A stretch of 64,000 nt of DNA from Spirochaetota bacterium (GTDB taxonomy: Bacteria > Spirochaetota > UBA12135 > COTS27 > CAXSBA01): NCBI GenBank assembly GCA_965277105.1, contig OZ255710.1, positions 792,730 to 856,729 of the forward strand. Reading direction: 5' to 3'. Shown here one piece after another: positions 9,758-17,671 of the stretch. A program made the translations under genes and the position numbers. Below the pieces are notes generated by a model, which had not been told where the DNA came from, did no database searches, and saw only the letters and a list, made by a program, of their open reading frames with translations. The number at the start of each line of letters is the position of its first letter. Position 1 is the first letter of the stretch.

Positions 9758-10974
9758 ATGAGGAGAAAAATTATGACAAAAAAATTATTAATGATTATAA
9801 AAATCACCATGCTAATTTCGGTACTCTTTTTCGCCAGCTGTAACAGTAGCAGCGACCCAGCAACGCCTAGCGGAAAAGAAAATACCGGAAATGATACCAC
9901 TATCACTGACGCAAGTTGTACTTTTGTTTTTACTCCTGGGGAAGACATAGGAAATCAAATACCTACTTTATGACAAAACCGACGGGACTTGTTCGGTCGA
10001 AGACGGTGTGGCTACTTGGAAACGAAGCGCTTTAGCGGGAAATAGCGATATATACGGTTTCTTTTAACCAAGCTAATGGAACATTTAAATATATATATGA
10101 TGCTGATGGAGTTAATCAATTAAATCTGGACTTTCCTGGTACAGTTACAGTTAGTGATGATGGGAAAAGATGGGAGTGGAAGTCGTCTGATTCAACTGGT
10201 ATCATTGAGATTACAGGTGATAGCGGAGGTGATATTAGCGGAGGTGATACTGCAATTGGAGAAGTCATCGGCACAGCTGAGGGCAAGGTTCTTTCTAAAG
10301 ATCTTGGATTTGGTAGAAATACCTACGATGGCGTTACTAGTATGACGTGCACCCTTGAAGTGGAAGAAGCCGGTAAATCCCCGATAACCTATAACGGGAT
10401 TTGCGATAAAAACAATGTGGAGGGATTTATTGCTTTTTACGATAAAGAAGATAACCCGAGCGTATCTGCTCGTTTGACTGTTCCCCATAACCAATACCCT
10501 GCCGAAGAAATCGAATATAGTGAGGCAGAAGCTATAAAAGAGAAAAACCCTACTGCTACTACTAAAGTTAGCCGAGAGAATAACGTCTGGGAAGGGAAAA
10601 TAACTGATGGGGGAACTGATCTTTTGAAACTCACCATCACCACCGAAGACATAGTAGTGGCCGCTCCAGCAGATAGTAAGCCCTGTCAATTTGTAAATAA
10701 AATAATCGGTTATGTTAAAATAAACAACTACACCTTAGACGGAAACTGCGTGCTGGCCCGTGATGCTAATGACGCCGTTACCAAACTAGACTTCACCAGC
10801 TCGCTGGCCAACCCTGCCGTCATCATCTCGCTCCCAATCGGAAAAAGCGACGAGATCAGCTCAGACAATCCAGACAATCGCTCCCAGTTTAAGGATACCT
10901 ATTGGGGATTATTGGGGATTATCTTTATGCTAATGGTGTGGCATCCGAATTTGATATTGTGCTCAAATAACTAG
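9758..10974 (+). pseudogene. Chimeric lipoprotein paralog with at least 3 frame disruptions
   Basis: The B-type signal peptide is followed by a gene-5886-like first module. The frame changes near 9950-9970 and again near 10055-10065, and the homologous protein is readable in three successive frames. A 10-bp tandem duplication attggggatt x2 (10901..10920) plus an internal deletion wrecks the C-terminus. Confidence 0.75.
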
Positions 10975-11160
10975 TTCCTTAAAAAGCGCCCCACGACTAC
11001 TCTCAACTAAGCTAAGCTTCTAAATCATTGGGGCGGGGACTTTTTCTCTCCGCCCTCCGCCGGGGGTTGTTAAACTTCTTCTATTTCTTCTATTTTTTCT
11101 ATAAATTTTCTAGATTAAAACAACTGAAATAAAAATTAAAAAATCAAATTGAATAAATTA
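10975..11160 (+). repeat. Inter-paralog cassette copy (truncated at its promoter end)
   Basis: Same hairpin, ccgccgggggttgtt, ttctat and caactgaaat elements. It breaks off after ttgaataaatta, where the fragment patch begins. Confidence 0.7.
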
Positions 11161-12092
11161 TTGATTTTAATGATAATAAGAATAATACATTTACCGCTGT
11201 AACAGTAGCAATACAGCAACACCTACCAATACTAACGGAACAGGAGATAACGGAGGTGTACTACTACCCCTAATGCAAATTGGTTCAAGATGAAAATAAG
11301 CATCTTAGAGAATAATGCGAATTTGATATTGTGCTCAGCGGCAAATGTCGAGTATAAGTTTAAATAACTAGTTCCTTAAAAAGCGCGTCCACGACTGCTA
11401 CCTTGGAGATTAAGCTAAGGCTTCAATTAAAGGGCAAGGTTCTTTCTAAAGATCTTGGATTTGGTTCGTGGGGCGGGGACTTTTTCTCTCCGAAGTGGAA
11501 GAAGCCGGTAAATCTCCGCCGGGGGTTGTTAAACTTCTTCTATTTCTTCTATTTTTTCTATAAATTTTCTAAGATTAAAGCAACTGAAATGAAAATTAAA
11601 AGAGAAAAATTAATAAATTTATCGTATAATATATTTGTTATTTGAAATTTAATATTTTATATTAAAGGAAAAAAATTATGAAAAAAAAATTATTAATGAT
11701 TATAACGATTATCACCAAAGGCCAACCCTGCCGCCTTGCTAGTTTAAGGATACCTCGGCGCTAACGACTATTTTTGATAATAAGAATAATACATTTACCG
11801 CAAAAATAGTAGCTAAACAGTATTGTGCTCAACAACAGGGCCTAGCGAAGAAGCTAAGCTTCTATGGGGCGGGGACTTTTTCAAGGCGTGTTAAATTTCT
11901 TTTTTCTATAAAGCAAAATGAAAATTAAAATGAACATAATATATTGATACTAAAGTCTACAAGGAAAAAAATTATGAAAAAAAAATTAGTAGTATGACGT
12001 GCACTGCTAGCCGAGGTGGTTGCAAGAAAACGGTATGGACAAGGCGTGATTTCTTTTGAAGACTAATGACATTGATACTAAATATGTAGTTA
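11161..12092 (+). other. Patchwork of 10-40-bp fragments of the lipoprotein genes and cassettes (non-coding)
   Basis: Recognisable pieces include ttgattttaatgataataagaataatacatttaccgc (=8213..), aaatgtcgagtata (=6160..), gctaccttggagatta (=6297..), agggcaaggttctttctaaagatcttggatttggt (=10283..), gaagtggaagaagccggtaaatc, two A-type ATG starts (11678, 11974), and terminator/promoter pieces. No long ORF is present. Confidence 0.7.
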
Positions 12093-12826
12093 GTAGTATG
12101 ACGTGCACTCTCGAATGTGGAAAACGGTAAAGATTACTAATTTGTAGTAAAAACAAGATGGAAACAAAGATTACTTTTGAAGATAAACCAGTTGACCCGA
12201 ACGTGTCTGCTGATTTGATTATTGTCAGTTCTAAAGGCATCGAAAAATATAGTAAGGCAGAAGATGTAGTCCGAGACAACCCTACTGCCACTACTAAAGT
12301 TAGCCGAGAGAATAACGTCTGGGAAGGGAAAATAACTGATGGGGGAACTGATCTTTTAAAACTCATCATCAAAACCCAAGACAAAGAAGTGACCGCTCCA
12401 GCAGGTAGTAAGCCGTGTAAATTTCTAAAAAAAGAAATCAATAATTATAGTTTTGACAACTACACCGCAGAGGGAAACTGCGTGCTAACCTATGATACTG
12501 ATGGCACCACCGTTACCGACATAGACTTCACCAGCTCGCTAGCCAACCCTCCCGTCACCGCTTCTTTCCCAGTAGGAAGTGGAGATACTCCCATCACCGA
12601 AGACAATCAATCCCTTTTTAAGGATGTCTACCGTATTGGGAGTTATCTTTATGAAACTATTGATTTTATAATTGGAACAGCAGATCCAATTATTAGTATT
12701 GTTAAAAATCCTAATAATAATATATTTAATTTAGAATTTAAATACGCTGGCGGTGAAGTATTTCACTTTGATATTGAACTCACCGACGACGGAACTGGAG
12801 ATAGCGAAACTAGAAGTGACGGATAA
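12093..12826 (+). pseudogene. 5'-degraded lipoprotein paralog (no signal peptide; intact 3' two-thirds)
   Basis: agtagtatgacgtgcactctcgaatgtgg is a decayed MTCTLEVEE motif that runs into stops. ORF 12158..12826 then encodes the conserved NNVWEGKITDGGTDLLKL, KPCKF...EGNCVL and FTSSLANPPVTAS core, with a unique C-terminus. Confidence 0.65.
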
Positions 12827-12906
12827 CTAGCACAGTTGTCGCTGAATTCGCTTTAGCCGGCTCCAACTAGTTTTTTGAATGATTTTCAACTAACTAGTAA
12901 ACTCTG

Positions 12907-12950
12907 ACCCTCAAAGGATTTTCTTTCCTGTCTACTCCTTTGAGGGTTTT
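12907..12950 (+). terminator. Rho-independent terminator
   Basis: accctcaaagga (12907..12918) pairs perfectly with tcctttgagggt (12936..12947) and is followed by ttt. Confidence 0.7.
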
Positions 12951-13070
12951 CTAAATTTCTTCTATAAATTTTCTAGATTAATAAAACACTCTGAAATGAA
13001 AATTAAAAATTAAATTGAATAAATTCATTGTATAGTTATTATTTAATTTTAATTTATGAGGAAAAAAGCT

Positions 13071-13976
13071 ATGATAAAAAAATTATTAATGATTATAAAA
13101 ATCACCATGCTAATTTCGGCACTCTTTTTCTCCAGTTGCAGAAGCAGCGACACAGCAACGCCTAGCGGAGGTGATACTGCAACAGCTGAGGGCAAAGTTT
13201 TTTTTAAAGAAAGTGAAAAATCTGAACTTGGCAATGTCTACACTGGCGTTAGTAATATGACGTGCACCCTTGAAGTCGAAGAAGCCGGGGAATCCCCGTT
13301 AACCTATAGCGGGATTTGCGGTAAAAACGATCTGGATACAACTATTTCTTTTCACGATAAAGCAGTTGACCCGAGCATATCTGCTCGTTTGGTTACTATC
13401 AGGAACGCTTTCACTACCACATTCATCGAATACAGTAAGGTAGAAGCTATAAAAGCGGAAAACCCTGGTGCCATTACTAAGCTTAGCCGGAGTAATAACG
13501 TCTGGGAAGGGAAAATAACCACAGCTGATGGGAAAATTGATCTTTTAAAACTCACCATCAAAACCCAAGACAAAGTAGTGCCCGCTCCAGCAGGTAGTAA
13601 GCCCTGTCAACTTGTAGGGAGAAAATCCTTCAACGGTTCCTTAGTCAACTACACCTTAGACGGAAACTGCGTGCTGGTCCGTGATGCTAATGACGCCGTT
13701 ACCAATATAAGATTCAACAGCTCGCTAGCCAACCCTCCCGTCACCGCCTCGCTCCCAATCGAAGAAATCGAGATCACCGAAGACAATCTATCTATTCTGG
13801 ATGATTATTTCTACCGTATTGGGGGTTATCTTCATGCTAATATTGATTATATAGCTATCCAATCAGGCTCTATTAATGTTTTTCAAAAAGCTGCAAATGA
13901 TAACGAATTTACCGCATTGTTTTATCTGTTGTCAAGCACGATATTCGAATTTGATATTGTAATCAACGATAACTGA
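13071..13976 (+). CDS. Paralogous surface lipoprotein, 2 Cys-pair modules (B-type variant 5' end)
   Basis: The ORF opens at 13056. aggaaaaaagct followed by ATG 13071 gives MIKKLLMIIKITMLISALFFSS|C. The core is conserved and the C-terminal third is near-identical to 8590..9516. Confidence 0.8.
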   Translation: MIKKLLMIIKITMLISALFFSSCRSSDTATPSGGDTATAEGKVFFKESEKSELGNVYTGVSNMTCTLEVEEAGESPLTYSGICGKNDLDTTISFHDKAVDPSISARLVTIRNAFTTTFIEYSKVEAIKAENPGAITKLSRSNNVWEGKITTADGKIDLLKLTIKTQDKVVPAPAGSKPCQLVGRKSFNGSLVNYTLDGNCVLVRDANDAVTNIRFNSSLANPPVTASLPIEEIEITEDNLSILDDYFYRIGGYLHANIDYIAIQSGSINVFQKAANDNEFTALFYLLSSTIFEFDIVINDN

Positions 13977-14203
13977 AAGCACCCAATAAATATTGTCCTT
14001 AGTCAACTTCTGCATAAAAAATGCTGAATGAGCACTAATCATTCAGCATTAATTACCCGGCTTTCAACTAGTCACATTACTTCGAGGAAGCTTGCTCTCG
14101 GGAAAATTGAAAAATCTTAGCTAAATTTATAATTATTTCACTAAACTAAAAAATCCCAATCGCATTACGTGGTGTAATTTTATCACCCAAAAAAATACAA
14201 TCT

Positions 14204-15880
14204 ATGACAAAAAAATTATTAATTATCCTAAAAATCACCATGCTAATTTCTCTGCTCTTTTTCGCCAGCTGTAATGAAAGTAGCACTAGCAGCGAAAGCA
14301 TAAAAAAAGAAACTCATTACCCTTGTCAGCTAAAAGAACGCCCCAACAACATAACCTATGACGGAACGTGCACGAAAAACTCTGATGAGATGGAAATTAC
14401 TTTTATTAAACAAGCCGACGAAAACTCCCCAAAAGTAGAAGCTTCGATTAATCTTTATGGAGACTCCGCGTTTCAAGTTGGTGCTACTGACAAAAAAGCA
14501 GCAATTAAAAACGCCGAGCCTTCAATCAGTATGGAGCAAAACTCTCGAGAGCAGACTACTGGAACTGCTAGTCTATGGGTTGTGAAGTTTTTTAAATCAG
14601 ATAACACATGGTCCGATTACTCTTTCGAAATCACTGACTCATCAGAAGCTCAGGACTCCAGCAAATTATCAGGAGCGCCCTGTGCTGTTGATGTTACGCT
14701 GCAGGAATCTTTTAATAGTATTTCATTAAAAGGAAAATGCGTAGCAACCTATGACGACAGTGCTGACAGTGCTATTACCCAACTGCTTTTCACTAGTCTT
14801 CAAACTAATCCCGTTATCGAGGCCTCCATTGCAAAAACTGGATTTTTTTCTGGGAACGCCACCTACAAAGTTGCTGGAGTCCCTCAAATAGACTACAGCA
14901 GTAGCTCTTCTTTTAGCAGAGTTGATACAAATCCTAGTGTAATACAATTTAGTTTAAGTAACGCTGATTTTATCATTACAATTAAAACCAGTGAAACTCC
15001 CCCCGCAATTAATGATGATGAACATTCCCATGATGATGAACATTCCCATGATGATGAACATTCCCATGATGATGAACATTCCCATGATGATGAACATTCC
15101 GCCGAAGAGCTTCCAGTCACTAAGTTTAGCGGTATCGCTTGCGAGCTACTGGATAATTTAGAAGAAAATTCCAGCCAAACCTACAAAGGGACTTGCTCGA
15201 AAAACGCCACCGATACGGCAATTGTTTTTACTACTGACGCCGGGATTAGTCCGGTTAGAACCGCTTCGATTAGCATAGTTGATCCGAATAATCGACTTAA
15301 CCGGGGAGCCTTTACCTACACCGTTGATGGGGTTACTCAAAAAAAACAAGAGGAACACACCGATCACTCTCATGACGAAGATGGGCATTACCACCCTCCT
15401 CCTTTTGAGTTTAGCAAACGGAAAAATAACCTATGGGAAGCGGGAATAACCACCGAAAGAAACCCGGACCCGGTTACTTCACTTCAAATCACCACCACAG
15501 ATAGTCCAGCGAATAGCACCCCACCAGCTAATGAGCCTTGTCGATTTGAGTTGTCAAAAATAAATCGTATTTTTATCCAATTAAACTATGAATTAGATGG
15601 AAGCTGCTTCCCAACCTACGCTGCTGATGGCAGCACCATTACCAAGCTAGACTTCACCAGTTCGCAGAAGAACCCCACCGTCAAGGTCTCGGCCAATACG
15701 CTCGATGATACTTTTAATTATGAAGTTGGAGGGGAAGATGTAGCAGGCATTAACGACAATACTTCAATCACTACTAAGTTTAATGGCAACCAAAAAGAAA
15801 TTGCAGTAAGCCTTCGAGATAGCGCAGTTGAATATAGCACAGGAATAATATTATCATTTAGTCTCCAACTCACCGACTAA
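14204..15880 (+). CDS. Large paralogous lipoprotein, 4 Cys-pair modules, with His/Asp/Glu-rich repeat
   Basis: Signal peptide MTKKLLIILKITMLISLLFFAS|C. Four modules are visible (YPCQL...GTC; APCAV...GKC; IACEL...GTC; EPCRF...GSC). The family motifs NLWEAGITTE and TKLDFTSSQKNP are present. It carries (DDEHSH)x5 and a second HTDHSHDEDGHYH patch. Confidence 0.8.
   Translation: MTKKLLIILKITMLISLLFFASCNESSTSSESIKKETHYPCQLKERPNNITYDGTCTKNSDEMEITFIKQADENSPKVEASINLYGDSAFQVGATDKKAAIKNAEPSISMEQNSREQTTGTASLWVVKFFKSDNTWSDYSFEITDSSEAQDSSKLSGAPCAVDVTLQESFNSISLKGKCVATYDDSADSAITQLLFTSLQTNPVIEASIAKTGFFSGNATYKVAGVPQIDYSSSSSFSRVDTNPSVIQFSLSNADFIITIKTSETPPAINDDEHSHDDEHSHDDEHSHDDEHSHDDEHSAEELPVTKFSGIACELLDNLEENSSQTYKGTCSKNATDTAIVFTTDAGISPVRTASISIVDPNNRLNRGAFTYTVDGVTQKKQEEHTDHSHDEDGHYHPPPFEFSKRKNNLWEAGITTERNPDPVTSLQITTTDSPANSTPPANEPCRFELSKINRIFIQLNYELDGSCFPTYAADGSTITKLDFTSSQKNPTVKVSANTLDDTFNYEVGGEDVAGINDNTSITTKFNGNQKEIAVSLRDSAVEYSTGIILSFSLQLTD
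15014..15103 (+). repeat. Perfect 18-bp in-frame tandem repeat (gatgatgaacattcccat, ~4.8 copies) encoding DDEHSH
   Basis: Read directly: units start at 15014, 15032, 15050 and 15068, with a partial fifth at 15086. Confidence 0.95.
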
Positions 15881-16063
15881 ACCAGTGAGCTTTTTCTCAC
15901 TAACTCTCTAAATCTCGGGGGGCCACAAAGCAGGACTTTTCCCCCCTCCCGGGTTTGCTTCTAAACTACTTTTCTAAAAACCAAAAAATCCAATAGACAA
16001 GTATTTTTTTTTGATAATTTTTTTAAGTTTATTTTTTCGTTGATTTTGCCTACATAAGTAATG

Positions 16064-16106
16064 GGTCTGCTAACTAATCTATCCCCAGTTAGCAGGCCTT
16101 TTTTTT
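16064..16106 (+). terminator. Strong orphan rho-independent terminator
   Basis: ggtctgctaact and agttagcaggcc form a 12-bp stem with one G.U pair and an 11-nt loop, followed by T8 (16099..16106). It lies 185 nt beyond the stop of gene 14204, which has its own hairpins. Confidence 0.7.
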
Positions 16107-16418
16107 ATCAAATAGCCGTTGGAGTTTTTGCCTCCAGCTCTTCATTTAGTGAATTCAATTATCAGCTACTCGAGGGGAAAAAAATCCTTATAATTTTATT
16201 TGCTTATTAAAGCTAATGAAGCTCAGCTACATTGCTTTGGAAATTATTTAGCGGTTAATGGGAATTAGTTTTTGGTGTTTGTCGTAAATATAAAGAAATG
16301 GATGCCGACGGTGGATATACCCCATGGGAAAAATACACCCTGGCATAGTTATGAGCCAAGATTATTTGATCAGGAAGAAAGAATTATTCTATCTAAAAAA
16401 AGCATAAAAATCTTATAA

Positions 16419-17273
16419 TTGTCAGCTTCACCTTCTCCCCAAAAAAAGCCTATACAATTAAACAAATCTTTTAAATTTAAAGATAAAAAACATGAAAGCA
16501 AAGATAATTACATCTGCGGTTATCTCATTTTATTCGATATTATTGATTCTACTAAAAGGAAAGAAAAATACAAAAAAGACGATGAATGGTTAGAACATCT
16601 AAATTTATTTTATTCAGAATTTTACCAATTCTCAAATCAACTAATTAAAAAAATTACAGAAGAAGTTAAAAAAATTACTTTTCTTGATGATAAAGCAGTT
16701 ATTAAAACCATTGGCGATATGGGTTTTTTGTTTTTGCCTTTTGAAAAACAAAAAACTCCTAATTATGACGAAGAAAAAAAGGAAGGGATCCCGAATATTT
16801 CAAAACTTATTCTAGAGAAAACAATGAATTTCTGTAATTACAAGTCAGGAATTCCTGAATTAAAACTCAAAACTATTATTACTTATTTATATCAAGTTTT
16901 TTTAATCAATTTAAATAAGGGAGAAAACAAATTTGATATCGTCGGTAAAGGGATAGATTTTTCTTTTCGACTAGAAGGTTTTGCCAATTCTTCTTGCATT
17001 ATTTTAAATAAATATCTTGTTGAATCTATAAAAAAGCTTGGAGAATGTGCTACTAATAAAACTAATGAAGATCTGAGTATTAATTTTTCTAATACACTAT
17101 ATGACATCGTCAAAGTTAGAAAAACAATTAGAGGCTGGGATGATGAAAAAGAAGAGTTTTATTTTCTTACCAATCCAGAAATGACTAAAGATACGTATGA
17201 AAAACGCGAGGACTTTTTAGATGAAAATTCTATTTACGCAGAGTTGTTTTTAAAACACGAAAAAAGACCCTAA
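16419..17273 (+). CDS. Stand-alone class III nucleotidyl cyclase-like protein (no sensor or effector domain)
   Basis: YLILFDIIDSTK matches the first metal-Asp motif (FxDIxGFT). IKTIGDMGFLF matches the second (IKTIGD). FDIVGKGIDFSFRLEGFA aligns with G..VN.AaRLE, with Asn replaced by Asp. The C-terminal VRKTIRGWDDEKEEFYFL resembles the terminal beta-hairpin. The only in-frame start is TTG at 16419, directly after a TATAAT. Confidence 0.6.
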   Translation: MSASPSPQKKPIQLNKSFKFKDKKHESKDNYICGYLILFDIIDSTKRKEKYKKDDEWLEHLNLFYSEFYQFSNQLIKKITEEVKKITFLDDKAVIKTIGDMGFLFLPFEKQKTPNYDEEKKEGIPNISKLILEKTMNFCNYKSGIPELKLKTIITYLYQVFLINLNKGENKFDIVGKGIDFSFRLEGFANSSCIILNKYLVESIKKLGECATNKTNEDLSINFSNTLYDIVKVRKTIRGWDDEKEEFYFLTNPEMTKDTYEKREDFLDENSIYAELFLKHEKRP

Positions 17274-17671
17274 CCCCCACTCCCCAACCTCACCCCTAAA
17301 TAAATCCCCCCAGCCAACGCCGCCACTCCCACCACTGGTATCCCAATCACCGCCACGTAATACCAAAATTCCCCCCGGTTTTTAAGGTAATTATTTTCCG
17401 CCTCGAAGTCGTCGATTAAAAGATTTTTCTCATTTACGGACAAGGCGATAATCTCCTGTTTTTCCGCCTCCAACTCATCCACCCGGCGAATTAAAAGCGG
17501 ATATAACTCTATTATCCGAATCATCCGCAAAACTTCGCTAGGCGAATTTAAATCAATCTTTTTATGATAAAACGGCTCGGGGTATTTTTGTAAGTCGTTA
17601 CCAAGTAATAACGTTGTTGCTAATAGTGACAATGTAATTACTCTCACTAATAATGATAGCTTCATTTTCAA
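17270..17671 (-). CDS. Bitopic membrane protein (N-terminal signal/anchor, coiled coil, C-terminal TM), last gene of the lysis block
   Basis: MKMKLSLLVRVITLSLLATTLLLG at the N-terminus and FWYYVAVIGIPVVGVAALAGGIYLGV at the C-terminus. No Cys is present. It overlaps the upstream gene by 74 nt in another frame. Confidence 0.4.
   Translation of the reverse strand: MKMKLSLLVRVITLSLLATTLLLGNDLQKYPEPFYHKKIDLNSPSEVLRMIRIIELYPLLIRRVDELEAEKQEIIALSVNEKNLLIDDFEAENNYLKNRGEFWYYVAVIGIPVVGVAALAGGIYLGVRLGSGG

Noticed and set aside
7119-11677. The regularly spaced conserved ~240-bp repeats could be mistaken for a CRISPR-like or other repeat-spacer array.
   Set aside because: The repeat unit is ~240 bp and contains a terminator, promoter and RBS. 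The 'spacers' are 0.9-1.2-kb homologous protein-coding genes. There are no cas genes and no 25-40-bp repeat.
5870-13573. Many 60-170-aa minus-strand ORFs in the track (e.g. 5870..6370, 6291..6776, 7350..7610, 8574..8783, 8638..9018, 10192..10689, 12007..12441, 13352..13573) that recur as a 'family'.
   Set aside because: They are antisense shadows of the plus-strand lipoprotein genes. They recur only because the DNA is repeated, and they lack RBS or start context. The plus-strand frames have signal peptides, lipoboxes, conserved Cys spacing, and promoters and terminators.
5886-15880. A diversity-generating retroelement (DGR) or invertase shufflon as the source of the variable lipoprotein segments.
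   Set aside because: No reverse transcriptase, template-repeat/variable-repeat pair with adenine-specific differences, or site-specific invertase with inverted repeats is visible in the island. The differences are block-wise (segment swaps), not point-wise.
16419-17671. Calling 16419..17273 plus 17270..17671 a Pycsar/CBASS-type two-gene defence operon.
   Set aside because: The genes are convergent rather than co-transcribed. The 133-aa neighbour has no cyclic-nucleotide-binding, TIR or other effector domain and belongs to the phage lysis block by operon structure. Only the cyclase-like fold is supported.
17270-17671. Annotating the 133-aa overlapped protein as an o-spanin (Rz1-like).
   Set aside because: o-Spanins are lipoproteins with a lipobox Cys, and this protein has no cysteine at all. 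Only the overlapping gene geometry is spanin-like.
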